A DNA stretch of 64,000 nt from Methanoregula sp. (GCA_039698055.1 JBDKTL010000024.1:32001-96000), one strand, 5' to 3'; numbered from the stretch's first letter, positions 1-9,586 are shown. The notes: generated by a model not told the origin, from the sequence alone. Translations and numbers: made by a program.

Positions 1-1388
1 TTCCAGGACACCTGAATAGATTCTGAAACACCATTCCATGTTGCAGTAACATAACACTTCCCGGTAACGGTAGGATTGTAGTGCAGATTTGACTGATTTG
101 TGGTAAAACCACCGGGAATGAAATTGACGGTGGCAAAACCATCTGCATCGGTAAGGGCCGAGGTATTCTCAAGGGCAGGCCCCGAGGTTATTATAGCATA
201 CGGATCGTCGTAAATTGCAGTACCGATGCTGAATAAAACCGATTGGTTACTGACGGGGTTGCCTTTCACATCCATTACTTTTGCCCTTACTTTAGCCCTG
301 CTGGTACCGTTTACATCAAGGCTCGGCATGGTCTCAGGGTTTACCGAGAGCACTGAACTTACGGGGGCCGTACTATAAAATTCGACATCTTTTGTGCAGG
401 TGACAGAAGAGTTTGTAACCGATGATGCGGTTAGCGTAATAACCCCGGCAGTGCCGCGTGGACCGTAATTAAACCATACCTGGCCAAAAACATTGGAAGT
501 CAAATACTGATCTTCACCAACAACACTGGTACGAACCCATACGGTCTGGTTGGATGCAACATTGCCATATTTATCATGGAGGGTATAGATAAACGTGAAT
601 TTGTGATTACTTGCCATATCTGCGGGGAGAGATGCAGGACTGTCGGGTTGGATTACCTGGGTGATGGAAAAGGGGACTGCATCGGTCACACCGACAATTG
701 ATTTATACTTGTCTGTTATTGCACCGAATGCTTTCATCCAGATAATATTTTCACCGGATACTGTATCGGTTTTCACAAGAACAGATACATTTCCCTGTGG
801 GTCCAGTATAGGTGTGACATCTTTGACACCCCCGGTAAATACCGCGTTACCATTAACCGAACCGATATGAAGCGCAATTACATGAATTTCATTTGGATTT
901 TTATTATCAATGGGATTGCCCCAGGCGTCGCTAAAAGATATGGCAAACGGCGTCCAGGTATCTACGGTCACTTCATTACGATAAGTGAAAACAGCAGTAT
1001 AGGGGGTGTCGTGATCGATTTTTTGGAGATATACTTTTTGAACCGAATTCACGACGCTTCCATCAAGATAGGTGAACGTTGCGGTAATATTTGCCGTGCC
1101 GCTTTTTTTCTTCGCTGTAAACGTCGTTGTTGCAAGGCCGGATCCATCTGTAAGGATAACTGACGGGGTTATGGTCCCAAAAGTGCTATTATCAACGGAA
1201 AAACTGACCATGACCCCGGACATTGTAGTTGATGTATTCTGGACAATGACGGTTATGGTAGAATGATCAACACCATTTGCAACAATCCAGTCTGAACTGC
1301 TGCTGATAATTGAATTGTCCGCTGCTGCCACCACCCCAGCCAGCAGGAAAAAACCGATACTTATGATAACTAATTGATGAATCTGCAT
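1..1388 (-). CDS. Secreted Ig-like (Big-1/invasin-type) domain surface protein, partial (3' end outside window)
   Basis: Not in ORF track because it runs off the edge. Manual translation from ATG at 1388: MQIHQLVIISIGFFLLAGVVAAADNSIISSSSDWIVANGVDHSTITVIV...TDGSGLATTTFT. Signal peptide plus Big-1-like A(N/D)G...T(I)TV and TDxxGxA motifs. Confidence 0.75.
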   Translation of the reverse strand, partial: MQIHQLVIISIGFFLLAGVVAAADNSIISSSSDWIVANGVDHSTITVIVQNTSTTMSGVMVSFSVDNSTFGTITPSVILTDGSGLATTTFTAKKKSGTANITATFTYLDGSVVNSVQKVYLQKIDHDTPYTAVFTYRNEVTVDTWTPFAISFSDAWGNPIDNKNPNEIHVIALHIGSVNGNAVFTGGVKDVTPILDPQGNVSVLVKTDTVSGENIIWMKAFGAITDKYKSIVGVTDAVPFSITQVIQPDSPASLPADMASNHKFTFIYTLHDKYGNVASNQTVWVRTSVVGEDQYLTSNVFGQVWFNYGPRGTAGVITLTASSVTNSSVTCTKDVEFYSTAPVSSVLSVNPETMPSLDVNGTSRAKVRAKVMDVKGNPVSNQSVLFSIGTAIYDDPYAIITSGPALENTSALTDADGFATVNFIPGGFTTNQSNLHYNPTVTGKCYVTATWNGVSESIQVSW

Positions 1389-1512
1389 ACCCCAACACCA
1401 TTATGATTGATTGCACAATCAAATATATATTGTTTTGTATTTTTTAAAAGCACTGTATTACGGCCATTTTTTAAAAATATCAGGTTTTTTAAGACAAAAA
1501 TAGGAGGATGAC

Positions 1513-2913
1513 CTAGATTTCGTTCCTTTTCATTACATGTCGTCGCCGATTCCGGTGGCCAATAATTCTGATAATGATAAACAGGAGGAGAACACCCACA
1601 ACGCCAAGTGCAATCAGCATAATAAGTCCCCAGTCAAGGTTCTTCTCAAGAGTGAGAGTAACAAGGGGCGTTGTATTTCCAAGAGAGACCTGTGTCTCAA
1701 TCGATGCCGATTGATAGCCGTCTTTGGATGCAGAAATGTTATAGGAGGTTGCATATTTTACCGGAGTAATAAACTGTCCATGAACATCGGTAATACCGAT
1801 GGTTATGCCATCCATGAAGAGGGTCGCATTCGATAGATTCTTTTGATCCTTGTCCTGCACAAAGATCGTCAGATCTACTTTCTCATACGGCAGGACAACG
1901 GAAAAATCACTGGAATCTTTCGACACCGCGATCTGCCGGGTGGTCGTTGTATATCCATCTTTTTTCACCGATATCTGATAACTGCCGGCAACGAGGTTCT
2001 GGAGACTGGCACGCCCAAACGGGTTGGTACTCGCAACTACCGTGCCATTTATCGACACATCTGCTCCATTTAAAGGCGCATTATTTTCATCGGATACAAA
2101 GACAAACGCACCAACCGGTACTTTTGTCAGCGAAATGGTAGACAATGCTTCAGTATCGCTGATCGTTTTTGATTCAGAAATTGCCTGGTACCCGTCCTTT
2201 TTAATATCAAGGGTCACCACTTTTCCACGAGTTATCGGAACGATCAGAATGCCGCGTGAATCTGTTTTTCCAACAGGAACAGAATCGATACTCACGAGAG
2301 CATCGGCCAAGGGCAACTGGGTGTCCTTATCCTTAACAATAAACGAATACCGGTTCCCTGACAGCAACCATAATTGTACGTCCTGGTTTTCATACCCGAT
2401 ATCCACGGTTCCGCTGCGAGACTGATAGTTGGGGGCGGTGATATCATAGGAATATAGAGTGGATGAGATTACCCCGAATGTTGCAGAGCCATAAGCATCG
2501 GTCTGTTTTGTCTGGGTGGTATTGTCAGCAGTTAAGTCGATGGTTGCCCCGGTTACCGGTTGAAGGGTATCTGAATCGTACAGGTTGACATTCAGGGCCA
2601 GGGTTTTTCGGGTCAGGTTCACTAAGAGGGATGTTGCATTTCGATTTACCGTCTGTGTCCAGTCATCATAACCATCCATGGTAATCCGCAGGTTGAGATC
2701 ATAGAGCCCGGAATGGGTGATTGCGAACTGGCCGTCAGCAGTTGTCCTGCCAAGGTTGGATCCGCCAAGGAATACTGTGGCATGAGAAACTGAGGTATTG
2801 TCAAGATTGTCCACTACCGTTATCTGCAGGTTCGTTGCCTGTACTGCGCTGCAGAGAAGGGTAATGCAGAGCAACGCAAAAAGGAAACGAATATAACGTT
2901 TATACATACTCAA
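1513..2913 (-). CDS. Membrane-anchored surface protein with repeated carboxypeptidase-regulatory-like/PEGA-like beta-sandwich domains
   Basis: Signal peptide, about 5 repeats of GxTDxxG...I(S)K(D)GY, C-terminal TM helix plus basic tail. Confidence 0.75.
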   Translation of the reverse strand: MSMYKRYIRFLFALLCITLLCSAVQATNLQITVVDNLDNTSVSHATVFLGGSNLGRTTADGQFAITHSGLYDLNLRITMDGYDDWTQTVNRNATSLLVNLTRKTLALNVNLYDSDTLQPVTGATIDLTADNTTQTKQTDAYGSATFGVISSTLYSYDITAPNYQSRSGTVDIGYENQDVQLWLLSGNRYSFIVKDKDTQLPLADALVSIDSVPVGKTDSRGILIVPITRGKVVTLDIKKDGYQAISESKTISDTEALSTISLTKVPVGAFVFVSDENNAPLNGADVSINGTVVASTNPFGRASLQNLVAGSYQISVKKDGYTTTTRQIAVSKDSSDFSVVLPYEKVDLTIFVQDKDQKNLSNATLFMDGITIGITDVHGQFITPVKYATSYNISASKDGYQSASIETQVSLGNTTPLVTLTLEKNLDWGLIMLIALGVVGVLLLFIIIRIIGHRNRRRHVMKRNEI

Positions 2914-2947
2914 TTATCCCATCCTGTTCATATTTTAGCCCATCGGT

Positions 2948-4471
2948 TCAAATCCCATAGGTTGTGGGAACACGGTCGAGCAGCATCCCTTCAACAACTA
3001 CCGGCATGAGGCGCCGGCCTTCTTCAACGGCTTTCTGGAGCCGCCAGCTTCGTTCTGCATAAATAGTAAAGAGGGGTTCTCCTGCCCGGATGAGTTTTCC
3101 TTTCTTGGCATGAAGAAGAATACCGGCACCCCGTTCATGGGGAGCTCCTGCCAGCCGCGCAAGGGTAATAAGCGATGTGTTGTTCATCTCTATGACATAG
3201 CCGGACGCCGGTGAATTGACAACAAATTCATGATCGCCCGGATGGATGTCATCGGATTTGATATTTGGATCTCCACCTTGTATTGCGATGATCTCCCTGA
3301 ATTTTTCGAGGGCTTTTCCCTTTGTAAGAATCTCCTGGGCCAGCTGGGCACCGGTATCGCGTGCGGCTTTCCCGGACATTTCAAGGGCAATGCCGGCAAG
3401 TGAGATGCTTTTCTGGATGAACGAATTTGGTTCTGGAGAGCCTTCAAGAACCCGGAGAGCTTCACGGACTTCAAGGTTTGGCCCGATACTATGCCCCACA
3501 GGTATATCCCCATAGGTCAGCGCACATTCGACTTTGATATTAAGCCGGCCGCCCAGTTCGATGAACTCCCGGGCCAGCTTACGCCCTTCCTGCATCGACG
3601 GCACTTTTGTGTGCAGGCCAACAGGGATATCGATTACGACGAGATTGGCACCAACGGCAAATTTTTTTGCCATGACACTGGCAAGCATCTGGCCGCGGGC
3701 GTCAATCTTGAAGGGATATTCCTGGATGATGATCCGGTCGTCTGCGGGGGCAATGTTTGTCGCACCGCCCCAGACAATCACGCCGCCAATTTTTTCAGTC
3801 ATTCTCTGCACTTCGCTTGCAGAGAATTCAACTCCTGCAAGAACTTCCATAAGGTCTGCGGTTCCCCCGGCACCCGTAATGGCACGCGAGCTTGTTTTAG
3901 GTATTTTTAATCCACTTGCTGCGATGATGGGAACGACAAGGAGGGAAATTTTGTTACCGGGAACGCCACCGATGGAGTGTTTATCGACAATGGGCCGTGA
4001 AGCGAATTTGATCTGTTCGCCGGTTTCAACCATGGCGCGGGTGAGATGTTCCACTTCATCCATGTCGAGGGGATTAATATATGAGGCAGTAATAAAGGCA
4101 GTGAGTTCGGCAGGAGAAATGTCATCGTTGACGACGTCTTTGATGATGGTCAGCGTCTCATCCTTGGATAACCTGCCGCCATCCATCTTCTTTTTGATAA
4201 AATCCAGTGATGCCGGGCGCCCTGCTTCCCGCACTTCAATTCCGGCTCCATCTGCAAGGTTCAGGCGCTCGTTTGTAATCCGGTACAGTCCTGCAGTGCC
4301 CTGCCCGGCAAGAGTTGTTGTGGTGTCCACAAATGCGGTGACGGATACCCCGTTTTGCGGATTGATCACCTGCACACGGTCTCCATCCAGCACTCCAAGG
4401 TTCCGGGCGTCAAGCCGGTTGAGTAAAACACCCCGCTTTGCAATATCAAGGATTTTTGTGATGAACTTCAT
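2948..4471 (-). CDS. deoA: AMP phosphorylase (archaeal thymidine phosphorylase family)
   Basis: [33 protein letters not shown] motifs; N-terminal double-psi barrel; 507 aa. Confidence 0.93.
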   Translation of the reverse strand: MKFITKILDIAKRGVLLNRLDARNLGVLDGDRVQVINPQNGVSVTAFVDTTTTLAGQGTAGLYRITNERLNLADGAGIEVREAGRPASLDFIKKKMDGGRLSKDETLTIIKDVVNDDISPAELTAFITASYINPLDMDEVEHLTRAMVETGEQIKFASRPIVDKHSIGGVPGNKISLLVVPIIAASGLKIPKTSSRAITGAGGTADLMEVLAGVEFSASEVQRMTEKIGGVIVWGGATNIAPADDRIIIQEYPFKIDARGQMLASVMAKKFAVGANLVVIDIPVGLHTKVPSMQEGRKLAREFIELGGRLNIKVECALTYGDIPVGHSIGPNLEVREALRVLEGSPEPNSFIQKSISLAGIALEMSGKAARDTGAQLAQEILTKGKALEKFREIIAIQGGDPNIKSDDIHPGDHEFVVNSPASGYVIEMNNTSLITLARLAGAPHERGAGILLHAKKGKLIRAGEPLFTIYAERSWRLQKAVEEGRRLMPVVVEGMLLDRVPTTYGI

Positions 4472-4699
4472 TTATCCTGCCTCCTGTTGGGACTCGGACT
4501 CTCGCACAAAGGCCTATCCTGATTATATCTACGTAGGTTGCACCATCATAAAAACCGCACCTGCGTGTGGCAATGAACAGTAAAGTAATTTTTCTCACGT
4601 GCAGGTGGAGACGGTGAGGGTGAACTTTTGCCGTACATGATCAGAGTTCCCCTGCCGGTAGTAAGCAGGAGCTCCGGTATGAAAACCGGGATGTGAGCA

Positions 4700-4766
4700 G
4701 GGTCATTGTTTAACCGGATTCGCCGTGAAGAGAATTTGCTGGCAGGTTCGATCCTGCAATGACCCG
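4700..4766 (+). ncRNA. Putative tRNA-like structured element (D-armless), not a canonical tRNA
   Basis: GGGTCATT(4700-07)/AATGACCC(4758-65) 8-bp acceptor-like stem; GCAGG-TTCGAT-CCTGC T-arm-like hairpin (4742-57); CGGATTC/GAATTTG central stem. Confidence 0.4.
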
Positions 4767-4869
4767 TGGGGGTATCCCATAAAATCCTGATGGGAGGGGG
4801 AGGGGGTACGTCCTTTTATGTTGTCAAATCACCGATCCCCACACAGGTATCAAGAGGGATCTCTCCCTG

Positions 4870-5250
4870 CCCCCCGCCAGAAATAGTTTTGGCTCAAACC
4901 CAGTGCGCCCCAAAAATATTTTTGCCTCATCACCCATCGCGACAAAAAAATTTCCGACCCAACTCAGATCGCGTCAAAAATAATTTTGTCGCAACTAAGA
5001 TCGCGCCAGAAAAAAATCCGGCGCGTGCCCGATCGGCCCGGAAAAATCTCTGTGACCCTCCAACAGACAATTGTTTACCGTCGAAACCAGCCCCCGGGAC
5101 GAGGGGGCCAACCGGGCGCCGGAAATATTTTTGCCTCACCAGCGATCGCGTCAAAAATAATTTTGTCGCAACTGAGATCGGCCCGAAAATATTTTTGGCA
5201 CGTACCGGATCGCGCCGGAAAAAAATCTGCCGCGATTGCGATCGGCCCGG
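4870..5250. repeat. Degenerate 32-bp-period palindromic tandem repeat array in two blocks (4870-5062, 5112-5250)
   Basis: Unit starts at 4903, 4935, 4967, 4999, 5031 and 5112, 5144, 5176, 5208, 5240 (exact 32-bp steps; more degenerate unit at 4870). Units at 4967 and 5144 differ at one base. Confidence 0.9.
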
Positions 5251-5316
5251 ATTGCCGGTTAAGAGAACCTTTCCCTGCGAAAGTTACTGCAAAAAAAAGA
5301 GAGTTTAGATTTTAGT

Positions 5317-8121
5317 TCAGTGCCTGCGCACGACAAGGAGTGCAACTGCACCAAGACCGATCAATGCAATCAGTGCACCAAAGCCCGGCTGTGTGGGGGT
5401 CTGGGTTGGGGTTGCAACGGTGGTCGGAACGGTTGTCACTACAGTGACCGGTGCAGTTGTTGTAACGGTTGTCGGAACTGCGGTTGGGGCAGTGCCTTCA
5501 AGAACGTTGAACAGTGCAGTACCGCTTGCTTCCTGGAGGACTGCAGTTGCCTTGACAATGTACTCGTCGGGTTTGTACGTGGATGCGTCAACATCGAACG
5601 AGATCTTGTTCAGGCCGCTGTCACCCTTGGTAACCTTGACGGTTCCGGTTGAGCCGCTGAACCCACTGCTCATGCTCTTGTCAGTCGGCTTGAATGATGA
5701 TGAGTAGATCTCCATGAGGACGTCATCGTCTACCGCGAGGTTGGTGGTTCCTGTGACGGTGAACTTATCACCGACATGGCGGTCGCCAACGGGGTCGACA
5801 TTGATAACGGGTACCTCGACGAGGAACTGGAGCTTGGTGTAGGTATCATCGACATTTGCGCTGTTGATACCATCGATAAGTGCCTGAGCTGCGTTAGATC
5901 CCTGAAGGCTGCTGCTTCCGGTCAACTTGAACAGCTGAAGAGGCGTGGTCGTGATGAGCTCGTTCCAGACATATCCTGCAACTTGCGGGGCTGGACCATA
6001 TGCGTTGGGCTCGTACTGGATGTCGAACTTGTTGTTCTGCATCGGGTGCTGGGCAACAACGAAGTACTGTCCGGCAGAAAGAGACTTTGTGTCTTCCTTC
6101 TTAACCTCGTAGGAGAATGAAGCGTCGGAGTTTACAGACTGCGACTTGACAACTGCATAGTTCTTCCCGAGGATCCAGATCTGGACACCGGCGCTGGGCT
6201 GACCCTGTGCGGTACCGGTGATGAATACTGAGTCACCCTGTGCCACGGTCGACTGTGAGGCAGTTGCGCTGATGAACGGTGCCTTGATGATGATTGAGCA
6301 CGTGCCATAGGCAACATTTGCAAGCTGAGTGTTCAGACTGGTGGACTTCTGGCTTGTTGCAAAGATCGTGTAGGTTCCCTGATCGAGTGCAACGGTTGAA
6401 GTTCCCCATTTGTAGGACCAGGTGTTGTCAGCCAGAACTGATGCCTGGATCCAGTCGCCGTCATTGATAGCGGGGGTTGCCGCCGTGTCTGACAGGTCTC
6501 TGCTGCGTGGATCGAGGCTGGTCATGGATGAACCATATGCACCGAGGTTGGGCCCGGTGATAAACAGCCAGGTGGTCTGGGTCTCGGTGTTGGTACCGGA
6601 GAACTGGATCTCTTCACCCAGGTAGTAGCTCTGGTCGCCGGCGGCCACAATGGTGACTGCGCCCTTTGCAACCTGCACATTGACTTCATCGCTCTTGAAC
6701 TGGCCGGTGAAGTTCTGCTCTACACGGATCGTGTATTGCTGTGCCTTCGTCCAGTTGGTGGTAAGGAACTGAACAGTCCGGGTACCAGAGTCACTGAGCA
6801 AGACGTTTGCATACTCGTATGTACCGTTGCCGAGTTGCATGGATTGTATTTGCGCCTTGGTTAACGGTGCCCATGCGGCTGCGGGAGACCAGTTCTTTGT
6901 GTTAGGCGCTACGTCACTAAGGATTGTAGCCTGAGCCCCGTTCTGGTACTGGTAGTTACCGTTTTCTCCTGCGGCGAACGATGGAACAATTCCTGCTGCA
7001 CCGAGAAGACCGACGTTAGCTTCATTATCCAGAGTCACACCGGCCTGGTACGGCGCAATCATCGGGGGCTGGTCATCGTAAGCACCGCTCATGGTGCTTG
7101 TTCCCTTAACCCACAGGTGGTAGACCGTGTTTGCCCTACCGGTAATGGTAACGGAGAACGCCTTGCTGCGAACAACTGAGTCCTTGTTTGCCGAGAGCGA
7201 CACCGTGTTTGAAGCAATGGTGACGGTCTGTGCACTGGACACTGTCTTCGTGGTGTAGCTTGCACCGCCATTCAGGTAGTTGTTCAGCATGTTGTTCATC
7301 TTGGACTCAACGGTAACCGTGTAGGTACCTGCCGGGTATGCATTTGCACCGGTTGAACCAAGAACACCAGTTGACCAGTTCCCAAGAGCGGGAGTGCTCC
7401 AGTACCATGAGGGCGCATTAACTTTCTGCGAGGTAATAGATAATGGAACTTTTGCATCGTTAAGCAGTGAGGTCAGGGTGTTACCGGAGTCGGTCTTCAC
7501 CTTGATTTCTGCCCAGCCCTGTTGATCTACAGGCGTGTAGCCAGTGACCAATGCGGTCTGGTTTTGACGCAGGAGCGGCTGGTTAATTGCCGCGTCCATG
7601 TTGGTTCCAATCTTGAACGTAAGGTGATCTCCCTGGATAACGGAACCGCCGCTTACAGCTATTCCGCCCTGAGTACCCTGGTCAAGATCCCAGATGTCAA
7701 CGGAAAGTTGCGGGTCTTTGACATTGATATACATGCTGGAGTTGGCAAATCCGGTAACTGGATCAATCACATACCATGCAGATCCAGCGCCCATACCAAA
7801 CGCAGAGCTGGAAATCGTGGTAATGCCATCAGCAGTCAATGGATAGGTCGCTGTTGCGGTAGTGGACCCAATGTTAGCTGCTGATGCCCACCAGCCGAGG
7901 GCTGTCGCGGTCTTCCCCGTATATGCTCCTCCTGATGCTGCCATCGCTGCATTCCATGTGGTTACAGCGGGGGTAAGGTTTAACCCCTGTTCACCAATAA
8001 ACACACTTGCGCCCTGGTTGATGCTCGTGTTAATGTAGTTGAACGATGCCGATGCCGGCATAATTGCTACGAGAACGAACATCGCGAGTGCAACAAGTGC
8101 AATAGTTAATCGCTTAGTCAT
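5317..8121 (-). CDS. Major S-layer glycoprotein (MEMAR_RS02690/DUF3821-type) with PGF-CTERM archaeosortase signal
   Basis: MTKRLTIALVALAMF signal peptide after GGAGG SD; many N-x-S/T sequons; Thr/Pro linker; QPGFGALIALIGLGAVALLVVRRH C-terminus. Confidence 0.88.
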   Translation of the reverse strand: MTKRLTIALVALAMFVLVAIMPASASFNYINTSINQGASVFIGEQGLNLTPAVTTWNAAMAASGGAYTGKTATALGWWASAANIGSTTATATYPLTADGITTISSSAFGMGAGSAWYVIDPVTGFANSSMYINVKDPQLSVDIWDLDQGTQGGIAVSGGSVIQGDHLTFKIGTNMDAAINQPLLRQNQTALVTGYTPVDQQGWAEIKVKTDSGNTLTSLLNDAKVPLSITSQKVNAPSWYWSTPALGNWSTGVLGSTGANAYPAGTYTVTVESKMNNMLNNYLNGGASYTTKTVSSAQTVTIASNTVSLSANKDSVVRSKAFSVTITGRANTVYHLWVKGTSTMSGAYDDQPPMIAPYQAGVTLDNEANVGLLGAAGIVPSFAAGENGNYQYQNGAQATILSDVAPNTKNWSPAAAWAPLTKAQIQSMQLGNGTYEYANVLLSDSGTRTVQFLTTNWTKAQQYTIRVEQNFTGQFKSDEVNVQVAKGAVTIVAAGDQSYYLGEEIQFSGTNTETQTTWLFITGPNLGAYGSSMTSLDPRSRDLSDTAATPAINDGDWIQASVLADNTWSYKWGTSTVALDQGTYTIFATSQKSTSLNTQLANVAYGTCSIIIKAPFISATASQSTVAQGDSVFITGTAQGQPSAGVQIWILGKNYAVVKSQSVNSDASFSYEVKKEDTKSLSAGQYFVVAQHPMQNNKFDIQYEPNAYGPAPQVAGYVWNELITTTPLQLFKLTGSSSLQGSNAAQALIDGINSANVDDTYTKLQFLVEVPVINVDPVGDRHVGDKFTVTGTTNLAVDDDVLMEIYSSSFKPTDKSMSSGFSGSTGTVKVTKGDSGLNKISFDVDASTYKPDEYIVKATAVLQEASGTALFNVLEGTAPTAVPTTVTTTAPVTVVTTVPTTVATPTQTPTQPGFGALIALIGLGAVALLVVRRH

Positions 8122-8260
8122 TCGTTTTCCTCCAAAGTTTACATCATACAATTCAAGCCAGAGAATCGTTTCGACAGATGCCGAACAACGCTTCTACGAG
8201 CCCCATACTCCGTTTAGACGGAATATGAAAGAGTATTTGTTAAAGAGCTAATATATCCTT
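8122..8260 (-). promoter_or_regulatory. S-layer gene promoter and structured 5' leader
   Basis: Minus-strand AAAGGATATATTA (BRE/TATA-like, ~8249-8261); hairpins at 8204-8227 and ~8161-8195 with G-U pairs on the minus strand. Confidence 0.5.
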
Positions 8261-8678
8261 TGTGGTTGTTTTTGATGGCAATTCTGGGCTCAAAATGCCA
8301 TCAGTTTTTGATTCTGGTTGTTATTTGAAGGATTTGTAACATCTTTGGAACCCACTTTCATCACGCGTTGCGGATTGCAGATATATTATAGCCTCTTTGG
8401 ATTTCGCGCACCAATATAGATCGGTGTGTTAATATTAATATTAAATTATATTACAAACGTGATTGTCAAAATCTAATTACCCGTTCAATTATACGATAAT
8501 ACATCGCATTCCTCATTATGTTTTTGTAAATACTGTATTAATTGTATATGGTACAATGAAATTATGTTGAAATGAAATTGTATTCTGGACGAATCCATCA
8601 ATACGCAATTTCGTGAACCCACGTGTCCCCACATTCATTCCGACACATTATACATCATACAGGTACCAACTATTTTCC

Positions 8679-9404
8679 ATGAGAATCATCCGGGCTCCCA
8701 GCATCGGACGGGCACACGAGCAAATCGTGAAGATGATCCTTGAAAAAGGCTGGGTACTCCAAACCGAAGATAACGAAGCCACCATAGAATTCGAAGAAAT
8801 AGCAATGCAGGTCGACACCCCGCTTGCAGAACCCGCAGTCAGCGTACATTCCCGGTTCCAGCAGAGATTTGTCGACCAGTATGCCCATGATCTGCTGCAT
8901 GGTTCCAAAGCTGCCTTTGAATACGATTACCACGGGCGGCTCTTTGACTGGGGTGAACGCCTCGTTGCGGACGGGCAGCCTGTTCACATCGACCAGATTT
9001 CCTATATTGTCGATAAACTGAAAAAATCGACGGAAACCCGCCGTGCAATTGCTATCACGTGGAACCCGCTCATCGATGAAAAACTTGACGACTGCCCCTG
9101 CCTGCAACTGATCCAGTGCACCCTCCGCGAAGGAAAACTTCACCTGCGGGTCGTCTTCCGGAGCAATGACATGCTCACCGCTGCCGGTGCGAATATGTAC
9201 GCACTGGTGCAGCTCCAGAAGTCCATTGCAGAACAGCTGGGTGTGTCCTGTGGTACCTATACCCACATCTCCCTTGTTCCGCACATATATTATAAGAGAG
9301 ACGTTCACGACATCGAACCCTTCTGCGGGAAAGGAAATTTTATCCAGCCGGTAAAAGAAGTCTGTAGTACCTGCCAGCGCTGCGATCGGGCAAAACTAAG
9401 ATAA
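8679..9404 (+). CDS. thyA: Thymidylate synthase, archaeal ThyA type
   Basis: TRRAIAITWNP, PCLQ catalytic Cys, FRSNDM..AGAN, HIY motifs. Confidence 0.88.
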   Translation: MRIIRAPSIGRAHEQIVKMILEKGWVLQTEDNEATIEFEEIAMQVDTPLAEPAVSVHSRFQQRFVDQYAHDLLHGSKAAFEYDYHGRLFDWGERLVADGQPVHIDQISYIVDKLKKSTETRRAIAITWNPLIDEKLDDCPCLQLIQCTLREGKLHLRVVFRSNDMLTAAGANMYALVQLQKSIAEQLGVSCGTYTHISLVPHIYYKRDVHDIEPFCGKGNFIQPVKEVCSTCQRCDRAKLR

Positions 9405-9458
9405 CCGTAATGTCCGTCACTTTAATTAGGCAACAGCGGTAAAAAATAAGAGGCACAT

Positions 9459-9531
<73 letters not shown>

Positions 9532-9586
9532 CTTCTTTTCCGTTTTGCTTTTTTAAGAGCCGTTGCCCTGTACGATGCTGGAAACA

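Noticed and set aside
661-1266. Short + strand ORFs at the window start
   Set aside because: Shadows of the minus-strand Ig-like gene that runs off the edge.
3534-4583. 349-aa + strand ORF
   Set aside because: Antisense shadow of AMP phosphorylase; Ser/Thr-rich with no motifs.
4870-5250. CRISPR array interpretation
   Set aside because: Units abut with no unique spacers, repeats are degenerate, and no cas genes are present.
4766-5315. ORFs 4766..5308, 4986..5315 and 4930..5154 over the repeat array
   Set aside because: The 32-bp period breaks frame, products are low-complexity and basic, and no SD was seen; most likely open by chance.
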